DNA of 63,942 nucleotides, filler included, from Octopus bimaculoides (Eukaryota), in assembly GCF_001194135.2 (NCBI RefSeq). It is 8 parts of 8 records of this genome, joined end to end, with 100 filler letters (N's around TTAATTAATTAA, not from the genome) between each part and the next. Parts side by side here need not be neighbours in the genome. Positions count along the whole stretch, not along the records: positions 23,802 to 29,230 come from NC_068982.1; positions 29,331 to 36,871 come from NC_068985.1; positions 36,972 to 50,507 come from NC_068991.1; 5 more parts are not named here. The stretch is one strand, 5' to 3'. A model generated the notes under the pieces. It ran no database searches, was not told where the DNA came from, and saw only the letters and a list, made by a program, of their open reading frames with translations. This document shows, piece after piece, positions 26,000 to 38,729 of this stretch. The position numbers and the translations under genes were made by a program. Within the stretch, counting starts at the first letter, position 1, and the number at the start of each line of letters is the position of its first letter.

Positions 26000-26735
26000 T
26001 TTAAGTTCGAGCATGCGCATTGTTTGTTTTTAATTTTGTCGACTACAAAGTACTGTAGTGTCAGTTAGGCACCGTCTGTGAGAAAAACAGCCAAACATTT
26101 GGAAACGACGTACTGTACTGCTTGGCATTCGTGCGGAAGCTCCAATACGAACATTTCAGAGTGTTTAGATGTTAATCTACAGGACATGTACCGAGAGTGA
26201 TAAAAATCAAACATCTAGTCAGCATCATGGTGTTTGGAGTGATGGCAACGTTATGCCTCGATTCATCTTCCCACACGGCCTCACACTCAACACGGAGGCT
26301 TACATCAAGTGCCTGGAGGAAGTAGTGCTGCCCTGGGTCAAGAGAGTGGCTGCAGGAAGATCCTTTCTCTGGCAACAGAACTCTGCACCATACCACACAA
26401 GCAGGAGAGCCCAGTGATGGCTGTCAGACAATTTCTGCGACCACATCACACCTAACATCTGGCCACCTAACTCCCCAGACTGCAATCCTCCTGATTATTA
26501 TGTGTGGGGAGCAGTTGAGCGAGAGACCAACAAAACTCATTGTAACACCAAAGATGAAGTGAAATCAAAGATTATGGTAGCATTCACCAACTTAAACAAA
26601 GGGACCGTCCAGAAGAGTTGCAGGAGATTCCGAAGTCTTCTGGAGGCCTTGGTCGAAGCCAATGGCGATTTTATTAAATAAATTTACTTTTTAGTATTTC
26701 AAGATATTTTTATGTAATTTTGGTAAATATATCTT
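26000..26735 (+). mobile_element. DD37D (maT-type) Tc1/mariner relic with internal deletion
   Basis: SDGNVMPRFIFPHGLTLNTEAYIKCLEEVVLPW...WQQ(N)SAPYHT...WPPNSPDCNPPDYYVWGAVERE...ANGDFIK*. There are 37 residues between the second and third catalytic positions. The N-terminus ISECLDVNL is fused directly to the catalytic domain. Confidence 0.88.
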
Positions 26736-26754
26736 ATTTTTTTACTGCACACAA

Positions 26755-26845
26755 GGGGCTACACACTGAGGGGACAAACGAGGACAGACAAACGGATTAA
26801 GTCGATTATATCGACCCCAGTGCGTATTTGGTACTTATTTAATCG
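26755..26845 (-). mobile_element. 3' end of a Meta-like SINE variant
   Basis: TTAAGTCGATTATATCGACCCCAGTGCG..TTGGTACTTATTTAATCG, then a gap. The tail motif CAAGGGGCT matches CCTTGTGGG at 47230 in the opposite orientation. Confidence 0.65.
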
Positions 26846-28850
26846 NNNNNNNNNNNNNNNNNNNNNNNNNNNNNNNNNNNNNNNNNNNNNNNNNNNNNNN
26901 NNNNNNNNNNNNNNNNNNNNNNNNNNNNNNNNNNNNNNNNNNNNNNNNNNNNNNNNNNNNNNNNNNNNNNNNNNNNNNNNNNNNNNNNNNNNNNNNNNNN
27001 NNNNNNNNNNNNNNNNNNNNNNNNNNNNNNNNNNNNNNNNNNNNNNNNNNNNNNNNNNNNNNNNNNNNNNNNNNNNNNNNNNNNNNNNNNNNNNNNNNNN
27101 NNNNNNNNNNNNNNNNNNNNNNNNNNNNNNNNNNNNNNNNNNNNNNNNNNNNNNNNNNNNNNNNNNNNNNNNNNNNNNNNNNNNNNNNNNNNNNNNNNNN
27201 NNNNNNNNNNNNNNNNNNNNNNNNNNNNNNNNNNNTATATATATATATATATATATGGGAGAATGTACGAAAAAAAACAACAACAAACAAGGACAGGCGG
27301 TGTAAACAACAAAAAGATGTATTAGTTTGACGCTCGGGAATACATAAAGTCTTTAACGTTTCGAGCTACGCTCTTCAACAGAAAGAATACGGAGAAAACA
27401 AGGAGAAAAACACGGAGAAAAAAATTGAATGGTGCTTGGTCAACGATCTATCATGGCTTATATATTAGAACAAACAAAAAACATACAAAAAATTACTCAT
27501 GTCTTAGAGTCTCGCGGTTTTCACACTTTAGACAGAATCTTTACTTCTGGTGGCGTCAACAACCATCGGATACGGTTGACAGGGAATTGATACAATAGAT
27601 ACAATACATTAACACAAGGAAAATATACAGTTAGGTCTTTGTGATTAGGATAGACAAAACACAAGAACACGAAAAACTTGTATCGCTAAAATTTAACATC
27701 TTGGACAGAAAAAAAAAGACAACAGAGCAACGAATTTGGTACAAAATATAGGAAAGCGTGTTTGCATGTATATGCATGTATCTGAGAAAGAGAGAGAGAG
27801 AGAGAGAAAGAGAGAGGGGGAGAGATGGGGAGAAAGAAGGAGAGAGGGTGAGAGAGAGAGTGATTGAGCGAGGGGGATATACACGTAAGCGTGTATAATT
27901 TTCTATATATGTTCGCAATAATGTAAATGTATGTATATAGAAAATAAATTCTATATTGACAATTTAATCACAATGTCAGTATGTGTGTATAACAACGCGG
28001 AAATACAATCATGCATATCTAACAACGCAAACACAATCATACATATTTAACATACATGTCTATACGCCATGTTGAAATTGTAAGAATCTGTGTCTTACGG
28101 ATAAGTAGATTTCATCATTAGCTCGAGCAAACGATTTCCTCGTAGATGACAACAATTTAATCCAGTTAGTGTAGTTACTGATCACATGCTTATTATCAGG
28201 AGAAAAATGTCTCTCTCTCTATATGTCTATGTGAGTTATTGCAGACAAAAGGTCCTTCTATCTCCTACCACCCACTCAGTTAATTGTACCAAAATTAACT
28301 TTAAAGCTGTGCACTGCATTTTTCTTTTTCTGAAAATTAAAAAAAAAGTTCTCGAGTTACGGAAAACTTTATCAACAAAGCTAATTTTGTTAGTAATGGA
28401 AAGAAAGATTATGGTTATAAGACATTAGTTTATTATTGTAAATGACCTTTAGAGTAGAAATCCACATCAAATGAAGACCAAAATAGGTTAACAGACCCAA
28501 AAGGTTAGATCAAAAAAGGTTAACATAAATAACATATACGTAAAAAATAGCTTGAAATACGTAAGAAAGAGTAAGAGTGAGTTTAGCTACAAAAATGGGA
28601 GTTTAGTTATTAAAATAAGAAAAGACAAAAACAATGTAATTAAGAAATAGATAGATGTTGAAATTCAATACGAATGTTTAAATATAGATTTTAAAATTCT
28701 AACAGACGATATATAGGCTCATAATGTAATTAAAGTTTGAGGTTAATGTATGCAAGCACAACTAAGCTGTTACATTTCTATCCCGACTAGTAGACGTTTT
28801 CATTCCACAGAGATTTTAAAATAAAATTAATCATCATATATACATAACTG

Positions 28851-29010
28851 AAGTGAATGGTTGAAACGATAGTGTATTGGACTAAATGCTTTGCAGTATT
28901 TAATTTCAGCTCTTTATGTTCTGAATCAAAACTTCGCCTCACCGATACTGACTTTAACCCTTTGGCAGTCATTAAATAAGCACTCGGCAAGCAGTGGGAT
29001 CACATAAATC
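28851..29010 (+). mobile_element. Highly diverged Meta-like SINE
   Basis: GAAACGATAG...TAAATGCTTTGCAGTATTT...CTTTATGTTCTGAATCAAAA..CGCC aligns by eye with the reverse complement of 48145-48347. Confidence 0.55.
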
Positions 29011-29330
29011 AACAATACCATCTAAATGTATACGACCTTGGATTTAAGAAGATTATTTAATTTATTAACTCGACATTGATTTATTATAACACTAAAATAA
29101 CAAAAGTTGCTGGTTCGAAATCACTTAGAGATATTTTGAGTTCGCGCGTACTAATTTTTGTATGAATATGTATATATATATATACACACACACATACATA
29201 TACGTATTACATGAACCCTAGTTCTTGACTNNNNNNNNNNNNNNNNNNNNNNNNNNNNNNNNNNNNNNNNNNNNTTAATTAATTAANNNNNNNNNNNNNN
29301 NNNNNNNNNNNNNNNNNNNNNNNNNNNNNN

Positions 29331-29588
29331 ATGGCACATCTGGTGTATAAAAGAATTTGACATCGCTGCTCTAAACTGTGTCGCATTTCGAGGCATTGGT
29401 TCTTCTGGAATCGTGGAGAGGAAAGCATCAAGTTTTGTCTTGAAGACCTCCGCATCCATGTCTTGCAGGTCTCTCAGATATTTTGGCAGGGCATTGAAAA
29501 GCTGAGGTCCTCTGAAACCGAGGCTGCTGCAGTATCTCGTTCTTATGTGAGATGCAGTGGACTGCACCTTTGGCACCATGCAGTGGCG
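29331..29588 (-). mobile_element. CR1/L2-group LINE, ORF2 C-terminal fragment
   Basis: RHCMVPKVQSTASHIRTRYCSSLGFRGPQLFNALPKYLRDLQDMDAEVFKTKLDAFLSTIPEEP, matching the typical GPxLFNxLP...FKxKLDxFL..PDEP terminus. Confidence 0.8.
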
Positions 29589-29598
29589 ATATATATAA

Positions 29599-29689
<91 letters not shown>

Positions 29690-29962
29690 TGTGTGTGTTA
29701 GTGTGTGTGTGTGTATGTATATATATGTATGCATGTATATTTAGAAGAAAATATGGAGCGTTCTTATATGGTTGTATATAGAAAATAGACACACGCGCAC
29801 ACACGAACGTACGTGTTACTATTTATGTGCAAAATCTTCAGAATATGTGGCTATGCGCGAACACTGATATTCATTTAGAGGAAAGCTCTTATTCACAGAA
29901 ACTACATTTAGTTTACGGATGCTTATCATATGTCTCGATGCTACATGTCTGTTAGCATCCTA

Positions 29963-30022
<60 letters not shown>

Positions 30023-30624
30023 NNNNNNNNNNNNNNNNNNNNNNNNNNNNNNNNNNNNNNNNNNNNNNNNNNNNNNNNNNNNNNNNNNNNNNNNNNNNNN
30101 NNNNNNNNNNNNNNNNNNNNNNNNNNNNNNNNNNNNNNNNNNNNNNNNNNNNNNNNNNNNNNNNNNNNNNNNNNNNNNNNNNNNNNNNNNNNNNNNNNNN
30201 NNNNNNNNNNNNNNNNNNNNNNNNNNNNNNNNNNNNNNNNNNNNNNNNNNNNNNNNNNNNNNNNNNNNNNNNNNNNNNNNNNNNNNNNNNNNNNNNNNNN
30301 NNNNNNNNNNNNNNNNNNNNNNNNNNNNNNNNNNNNNNNNNNNNNNNNNNNNNNNNNNNNNNNNNNNNNNNNNNNNNNNNNNNNNNNNNNNNNNNNNNNN
30401 NNNNNNNNNNNNNNNNNNNNNNNNNNNNNNNNNNNNNNNNNNNNNNNNNNNNNNNNNNNNNNNNNNNNNNNNTATATATATATATACATGTATATGTAAA
30501 ATCGGACACAACTTATGGGATGACCTGATATATTGTATGTGTATGTGTGTGTGTATTTTTTATGAGTATAAATATATGACATATTCATACATGCGCATTT
30601 TTAATATGTGAAATACATATATTT

Positions 30625-30915
30625 TGAGACTATAGTTTTTCTCTTTTATCTTTAATTCCTTTCAGTCATAAAACTGCGGTCATGCTGGGGCACCGATTAG
30701 TAGAGTTTTAGTCGAGCAAATCGACCCTAGCACTTATTTTGTTAAGCTTAGTGCTTTTTCTATCGGTCCTTTACGCGAAACACACATCAACACCGGTTGT
30801 CGAGCGGTGATTGGATAGAAAATAACACACAAAGACGCAGGTTTCTTTTAGCTTTCGTTTGCGAACTCCATTCACAAAGCTTTGCTTGGCTTGAGGCTAT
30901 AGTAGAATACACTTA
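30625..30915 (-). mobile_element. CORE-type SINE, diverged, almost no internal microsatellite
   Basis: TTTCAGTCAT..ACTGCGGTCATGCTGGGGCACCG...GTCGAGCAAATCGACCC...GAGGCTATAGTAGAATACAC. Confidence 0.8.
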
Positions 30916-32069
30916 TCTTAGATGATAATACATGTTTATTATTGTGTATTCCATCGCAGATTTAGACCTTCGTCATAGAAGTAAATATATAAAGCAAAAG
31001 CATCTATTAATTATCAACTAGTTAACGCATGGCAAATAACGAAATTCCGAACCCTGTTCTCCAACGTTGTTCAGCATAAAAGCATAACGTACTGCGTTCG
31101 AAGAAAGGCGAATATTCTGCATGAAATATATAATTCACAGATACATCACGTTCTGCGTCTCACCGACGTGGCCTCACATCTCAGATTCTTCTTTGTCTAG
31201 TATGATATTCTACACTCAACAGAAGTAGCGGCATGTTTGAAATCCCCTCATCACATTTTCCATCCCTACAGACAAGCTCCACCCCCTCTCAAACATGACG
31301 TCTTTAAAAATCCATAGTGCTGCACTAAACACTACGTCAATGATTTCTTCCTTAGAATTGAAAATTGCCACTTTAACGCAAGCATTTGGTATACGGCTCA
31401 CGAATTACGAACACTAAAAGTGTTTCTCCTCTATATATTTTATATAAAAACCAAAATATAAGTCATCTTTATTTTCCTGTTTTATTTTCGAATATTTCCT
31501 TCTAGTATTTTAGAAGTTTATAGAAAAGTTAACTCGCAAAATCATTATATATTCTTTTTCCATACAAGTATCCGCTTTATTATATAATTTCCTCACATTT
31601 CCCAGGCTTAGAATCTGAATCAAACCCTAACCTATCAATTCAATACATATGACATCTATCATTTAATTTTTGTTCTTACCCAATCTGGAAAACCATCAGA
31701 AGTGCTGCTAAATACTATGTAAACGTATTAAATATCCATATTAGAAAAGCATAGCACAATTTCATACGCTGATAACACTAACAGATCAAAAATTGTGAGA
31801 AATGTAAGTAAAATATCTGATAAATGTATGTGAAATATGTGTGCTTGAGTATGTGTGTGCGCGCCTGCACGTGCATGCGTACGTTTACACATGCACGGCG
31901 TTAATGGAGCATGCGTATGTATTTGCGTGGTGGAAGCATACAGAAAAAAATAAGCAGTGCAAAAATATATACACATACACACACATACATATGTTTGCGT
32001 GTGTTTGTATATATATATATGTGTGTGTGTGTGTGTAAGAGAGAGGGAGTGAGTGTGTTTGCGTGTGTC

Positions 32070-32140
<71 letters not shown>

Positions 32141-33319
32141 GCGTATGTTTGTGTATATGTATGTATGTTTGTGTTTGCCTGTGTGCGCTTGCACGCATAA
32201 ACATACATATGAGAATATATTTGCGTAAGGAAAATTGAATATATAGCAATATCCAAACCTATGAGTACCCGAGTGCATATTAATAATAATAAATAGCACA
32301 AAGAAAAGCAGTTCTTATAGCAATATATCTTATCAACTTACTTCTATGGAAAAAAGAATAAAATGTTCACGAAAGACATTTTTTAACTGGCAATCTGCTT
32401 AGTTTTACTTTTACGAAAATTATTCATATTTTTTCTTCTATACTGTGTTTCATGTCAATAAAAAGTATCACATTTTTTTACCATTCGTGTTTTGTGATAC
32501 TGTTTCATTTGTTGGTAATGTGTTGTCAAGAATATGTCGTTTCCCTGCTCTGTACACATTCTTCCTGTGCGATTTATGTTCACTTTGACGCAATTTATTC
32601 TCTCTTTTCTTTTCACAAGATATTTATTCAAGTCTAGAAATCATTTTGAAAATGAAACAAGTTCAGGCTCTTTGTTTTATTTATTTTTCAGCCTTTCTTG
32701 AATTGTCCATATTCTCTTTTCACATTTTCTCTTTTATTTACTTGTAAAGTTATAGTGTCTCTATTCAATACGTGTGTGACTCTTAGGTGTTATAGAAATT
32801 GTAAGAGAAAAGAAAAAGAAAAAAAAACTAACCTTTCGTTGTTTTTAAATTGTGTTAAAGATAGAAAATATCAGAAAGGAAAAAAATTGAAATGTTTCAA
32901 TGAATAATTCTACAAATCTATACAAATGAAAAGATGGTGAATATTTGTATATATTTTACACTAGTGTTTATGTATTATGCTGGTGACAAGTAATACAACA
33001 TTCACTTTTTTGAAAATATATTCTAATCTTCCTGCATTTCAAGCGAACGGTGGAATTGTGAGCAAATTAACCGTGTTGACTATTTCATTAACTATATATA
33101 TATATCTCGCATACACTATTAACGATAATTTCTATCACACTACTTATATTTCATCTTATATGTCTATTTACTCTGCTCACGGACATTCATACACATGGAC
33201 ACAGCTGTGTGTATACATTGTGTAAATATATGACATATTCATACATGAGTGTGTAAATATATGACATATTCATACATACCCATTTTTAACATGTGAAATG
33301 CAGATATTTTGAGACTATA

Positions 33320-33702
33320 GCTTTTCTCTTTTATCTTTAAGTCGTTTCAGTAATTAGACAGCGGTCATGCTGTGGCACTGAGTGGAAGGGTATTAGTCGA
33401 ACAAATCGACACTGGTACTTATTGTGTTAAGCTTAGTACGTTTTCTATCGGTCCGTTATGCCGAACCGCCCAGTTACGAGGGCATAAACACACCAACAGC
33501 GGTTGTAAAGCAGTGAATGGAGACAAGATAAGGCAAAAGACACTCGCGTACGCACCCATATGACAGGTGTCTTCTAGTTTTCGTCAGCAAACTCCATTTA
33601 CAACGCTTTGCTCAGCTTGTCTAAGATGCCACGAACTGGGACCGAACACGGAACCATATCGTTCAGAAGCAAGCTTCTTGCCGCACAGACATAACTGCGC
33701 CT
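33320..33702 (-). mobile_element. CORE-type SINE, near full length, diverged
   Basis: 3' module GCGGTCATGCTG...TCGAACAAATCGAC...GCCGAACCGC and head GAAGCAAGCTTCTTGCCGCACAG...CTGCGCC. Confidence 0.8.
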
Positions 33703-35012
33703 CCACACAGAAAACCCTGCTCGTTGTATATTGATGCGCTGTTATATTGATGTTTAATTTATATGTTTGACTCTTAACTGAATACCACTACTGAATGGTT
33801 TACATTTCTGCTGTATTCTAAAAGACAGCATCAGTTACAGAGACCCACATAATGCCTAAGTAAATGAAAAAGTCACACAATATCAATAACAATGCCAATT
33901 TTACGCATCAAAACACCCATCAAACGTAGCAAATTCCATCTGTATGACCGCAAAGTGCTTACAATTAACTATTCCGACATTCTACTTTTATGCATTTCAC
34001 TAAGAGGTTAATTTCGTGATATTGTTACTGTTAAAAAAATAAAAGCATTATTCTGATAACGAATACTTGTTTAGCCTTCGGTGCATTCCATTTAAGCAAC
34101 GTGTCTAACATAACTGCTGGACGTGTTTTGCCTCATAACTCTCCAACCACATTATTTTCATATTCATCATGGAAATCACATTCATTACTAATACAATATG
34201 TCAATGTTATTGTTTGATTTGTTACTAATTAATGCAGGTTAAAATTTATATGCCAGAAGTGATAAATGACTTAGAACACCTCTGGCCACATAAACAAACA
34301 TTTCCATCAAAAATGCTTCTTTCTTTAGGTGCTTCTGCTTTCTTTATTGATTAATCATTTATATTAAATTCAAAGTAGCCTAAATCCATAAGGTGTGGCG
34401 CAAATATTAAATGAATTAGGGCAATAAAAAACAAATCATTTTGTGTGCTTTCTTTTACTCGTACCAAATTGGAGGCACACATTTTAACAACTCCTAAAAT
34501 GTTAATTATATGTTATATCTTGAACCACACTTTAGCGGCTTTACTATATGAGGATATTCAGGCTTAGCTCTCACAAACATTACCGTATACATCAGGAACA
34601 TTAACGCCGTCACCACACCAACGCCGTCACGACACCAACGCCACTCGACCAGGTGTTGTCAATCATAACGAAGTTTTAAATATTACGTTTCCTTCAGTGT
34701 CAAATAAGTAGAGGTAATTATGTTATAAACACAAAACACAAAAAGGAATAATTTCATAATAGAAGGCATAATATTCATTCCCCTCTTCGGCACATGATTT
34801 ATCAATATCCTTACAACTTATTGATGTTTTAGCAGAACCTGAAAGAGCTTCAAACTTAATCTGACAGATGATGATCTTGAGCTGACACGTTAGTTTTCCG
34901 CATGATTCTAAAAGTGATTTCTTGGCAGCCAGCTCCTTCTTATGTCTTAAATTTACCACAAACATTAGTGTGCGCACACACAATTACACACAGCATATAC
35001 CATCATGAAATT

Positions 35013-35183
35013 AGCGCTCCGTCGGCTCAGACCTCGAGGGTTCCGCTTGATCAGATCAAGGAACAGTCGTGAAATTAACTTGCAAGCGGCTTGGCACACG
35101 ACAGATAGGGGTACTCTTAACGTAGTTGTGAAGGTGATTTAGCGCGACAGAGAAGGTGACAAGGCTAGCACTTTGAATTACAG
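35013..35183 (-). mobile_element. 3' part of the SINE family seen at 61180-61530
   Basis: CTCCGTCGG...GATCAGATCAA..GTCGTGAAATTAAC.TGCAAG...TACTCTTAACGTAGTT...GTGACAAGGCT.GC.CTTTGAA is the reverse complement of 61360-61525. Confidence 0.75.
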
Positions 35184-35224
35184 ATTTGAATTACAGATTT
35201 TTGCTAACTGAGTAGACTGCATCT

Positions 35225-35700
35225 ACCCGAAACGAACAAGCTTTATACCCACCAACGTCACCGTGAGCGCTACATATTCCGCATGATGTGGAAAATATTC
35301 CATCAGCATTGATCAAATGATGTTGGCGTCATCCTTTAAGATATACCTAAGACTTGATCCCCGTGCTCTCCGCACACACCTTAGATCACACTCGCAGCGC
35401 ATAACAAAAATACGGCACGCACAATAATTTCACCTGAATTGGCCTTGCTCTCTTTAATATTACACCAAAATACATTAAAGCAGAAACAGAGCCAATAAAG
35501 TTAAAGAGGTCTTTTTTAGAAATTCCTTCAAGAAATTCCAGATAAACCTCGTACACATGGATATGTCTCCGTTAACAATGACTTTCTCCTCGAGTGGGCC
35601 ACATTATCCGATTTCCGATTTGAATGACTTCGTCAGGTGGTGCCATTAAGTTAGACATGGCCTGGGCCAATACTGGCCAAATCCTATCATAGTGTAGACA
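35225..35700 (+). mobile_element. CR1/L2-group LINE 3' fragment
   Basis: HQRHRERYIFRMMWKIF...THNNFT*IGLALFNITPKYIK...KFLQEIPDKPRTHGYVSVNNDFLLEW. Same class of terminus as 29331-29588. Confidence 0.7.
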
Positions 35701-35897
35701 TTAATACACACACACATATGTATATATGTGTGCAGCATGTATGTATATATATNNNNNNNNNNNNNNNNNNNNNNNNNNNNNNNNNNNNNNNNNNNNNNNN
35801 NNNNNNNNNNNNNNNNNNNNNNNNNNNNNNNNNNNNNNNNNNNNNNNNNNNNNNNNNNNNNNNNNNNNNNNNNNNNNNNNNNNNNNNNNNNNNNNNN

Positions 35898-35929
<32 letters not shown>

Positions 35930-35934
35930 CATAC

Positions 35935-35984
<50 letters not shown>

Positions 35985-36581
35985 GCATAGAGAGATAGGG
36001 AGAGGATTTATATATCAGGTTTCATTTATACAAGTGCGTTACTTACGAAACTTGGAAATATTTGCCATCTTACAAAATATAAACGTAAAACGTTCATAAA
36101 TATATACAATGAAAAAATCTCTTTTCTAAACGTAATCGTATGAAGATGCATTTACAATATAAACTATGTAATTACTCTTCGTAGACAAATATTTGTTCTA
36201 TAATATCGCATTAATGTAGTAATTACTTGCAAGTAAATAATTGTTGTCTAAATAATGTACATTACTCTAATATATTCTACATGTCTACTATATTATCTCC
36301 AAACAAACGCTGAACAGACTCACTTATTGTTGTTATTCAATAACTCATGTTCTACGCCAATGAGATTGTCAACAGTATTCAGTTCAACGACACATTTATC
36401 TTTATTTTATCACATATTTCACCAGTTTTGGAACATGGGGTGTGACCATTATTACTATTAGTTTTCTTTTGATATAAATATCTGGACTCTCCTACTTCAG
36501 ATAAATAATAACAGAGTTCGTTATTTACTAATCTAAATATATATGTGTGTGCGNNNNNNNNNNGCGTGTGTGTGTGTGCGA

Positions 36582-36613
<32 letters not shown>

Positions 36614-36619
36614 ATTCAT

Positions 36620-36785
36620 TTATTCTTTTATTCTTTTATTTGTTTCAGTCACTTAAATGCGGCCATGAAGAGCACCGACTTTAGTCGAAAAAATCGAGAT
36701 CAATTTTGCCGAACTGCTAGCATGCATGGACGTAGGCACACTACCATCGGTTGTCAAGTGATGATAGGGGGGACAAACACATACA
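36620..36785 (-). mobile_element. 3' half of the CORE-type SINE
   Basis: TGTTTCAGTCACTTAAATGCGGCCATG..GAGCACCG...TTTTGCCGAAC...CATCGGTTGTCAAG. Confidence 0.8.
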
Positions 36786-36810
36786 TACATACATACATAT
36801 ATACATATAT

Positions 36811-36871
36811 AATTATGTGTATTTCTTCTATCTTAATGAATAAAAATTCTTCTGATAGAATAAATGGGTTA
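36811..36871 (+). repeat. 5' end of the unclassified (TA)n-associated repeat
   Basis: AATTATGTGTATTTCTTCTATCTTAATGAATAAAAATTCTTCTGATAGAATAAATGGGTTA is near-identical to 39740-39800 and is cut by a linker gap. Confidence 0.85.
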
Positions 36872-36971
36872 NNNNNNNNNNNNNNNNNNNNNNNNNNNNN
36901 NNNNNNNNNNNNNNNTTAATTAATTAANNNNNNNNNNNNNNNNNNNNNNNNNNNNNNNNNNNNNNNNNNNN

Positions 36972-37004
<33 letters not shown>

Positions 37005-37329
37005 CGTTTACATATTTGTTTTGCAAGATTTTTTATGTGAAATCGTGTGTTGAAACAGATGTTGTTGTACTTGGGGATGGTCATATTGCCAGTTGTTTTT
37101 ATTGGCTAAACTGGCAATATGACCATCCCCAAGTACAACAATATATATATGTATGTATATATATACATAGCTATCACAATATATTTATGTATATATGTAT
37201 GCAAGCATATACATATATATGTATATGCATATACATATATAAATATAAATTTTTCTGTCTAGCTTTACAGGGTAAGTGTGGTCGCTCCAGCAGCAATGTG
37301 CACCAAGGAAGAGCGAATATCAATGTTCC

Positions 37330-37777
37330 GAGAAATGGTAATGGTAAACCGGTCCACCATTGCCGCCTATCGTGCCTGCTGAATCTTCTCGTCAGTAGTG
37401 GATGTTCACTGGCGTCCTGCTCCCTCTTTGTGCGTCACTCTTATCCGTCTACCTTTAAACTTCTTAATCCACTCATACACACTTCTACGCGGTAGTACAC
37501 TTTCCAGGTATCGTGCTAAAAGCCTCCGATGAATTTCAGCACCTGATACACGTTCCGACCAGAGAAATCGGAACACTGCTCTTTGTTCTTCTTTGGTGCA
37601 CATCGCTAGTGGAGCGGCCATGCTTATACTGTAAAGTCAGAAAGAAAAGTAGCTCGAACAGGCTGAAACTTCGATCACGTGACCACAATAGTACCAACTA
37701 GGAGCACACATGCGCAGAAGACAATGTGATAATAATAAAGATATTTCGAAAGTGCGGATAATTTTTGGCTTCCCATA
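37330..37777 (-). mobile_element. mariner transposon 5' fragment (TIR plus N-terminal HTH)
   Basis: ORF 37621-37406 MAAPLAMCTKEEQRAVFRFLWSERVSGAEIHRRL...RRSVYEWIKKFK..R..V.H.EGAGR is a typical mariner HTH. The TIR-like end (minus strand) reads TATGGGAAGCCAAAAATTATCCGCACTTT. Confidence 0.85.
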
Positions 37778-38688
37778 TGTGTGTATATATATATGTGATA
37801 ATCTGCGATATTCAGGCCTCCGTATTAGCACGAGCCGAACCGTGGTCATGTTATGGTGCATTATTTATTGGTTTGAGTGGATGATATCAACCACGATAGG
37901 TAGTTCTGAGTTGTACCTCTTATGCCGTCGAAACGCAAACTTACAGGGCAGAAAGTACACGAACGTGGTGATCGCTCTATGTATTTATGTATGTATGTAT
38001 GTATGTACGTACGTACGTATATATGTATATATGTATATATGTGTGTGTGTGCTCTTCTGTTTCTGTGTATGTCTGCGCTGACCTCGAAAAACCTGGGGTC
38101 AAGCAAATACCCCATATACTCAGCCGAACTTACGCCATAATAGGAGGAATATATCGGGGCTATCATACAGCGTGATCGAACCCGAACGCCAGTAGTTCTG
38201 ATGCGAACTTCTTATACATAGAGCCGTGATTATGTATACATACATATATATAGTTATAAAGTACACACACACACACAAACACATACACACACACACTCAC
38301 ACACACACACAAACACACACACACACACACACACNNNNNNNNNNNNNNNNNNNNNNNNNNNNNNNNNNNNNNNNNNNNNNNNNNNNNNNNNNNNNNNNNN
38401 NNNNNNNNNNNNNNNNNNNNNNNNNNNNNNNNNNNNNNNNNNNNNNNNNNNNNNNNNNNNNNNNNNNNNNNNNNNNNNNNNNNNNNNNNNNNNNNNNNNN
38501 NNNNNNNNNNNNNNNNNNNNNNNNNNNNNNNNNNNNNNNNNATGTATATATATTATATATATATATACATACATATATATATAAACGTGTATATATCTGT
38601 GTTATGTATACATATGCATCATATAAATACATAGTTGTATGTACGTGTGTGTTTGCGTTAGTAGGTGTCTGTGTGTGCATGCGCATGT

Positions 38689-38729
<41 letters not shown>

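Noticed and set aside
31040-31400. Moderately GC-balanced unique stretch with a 61-aa ORF
   Set aside because: No recognisable domain, and no convincing splice pair on either strand.
34600-34645. 17-bp tandem AACGCCGTCAC(C/G)ACACC x2.4
   Set aside because: Simple local duplication with no further structure.
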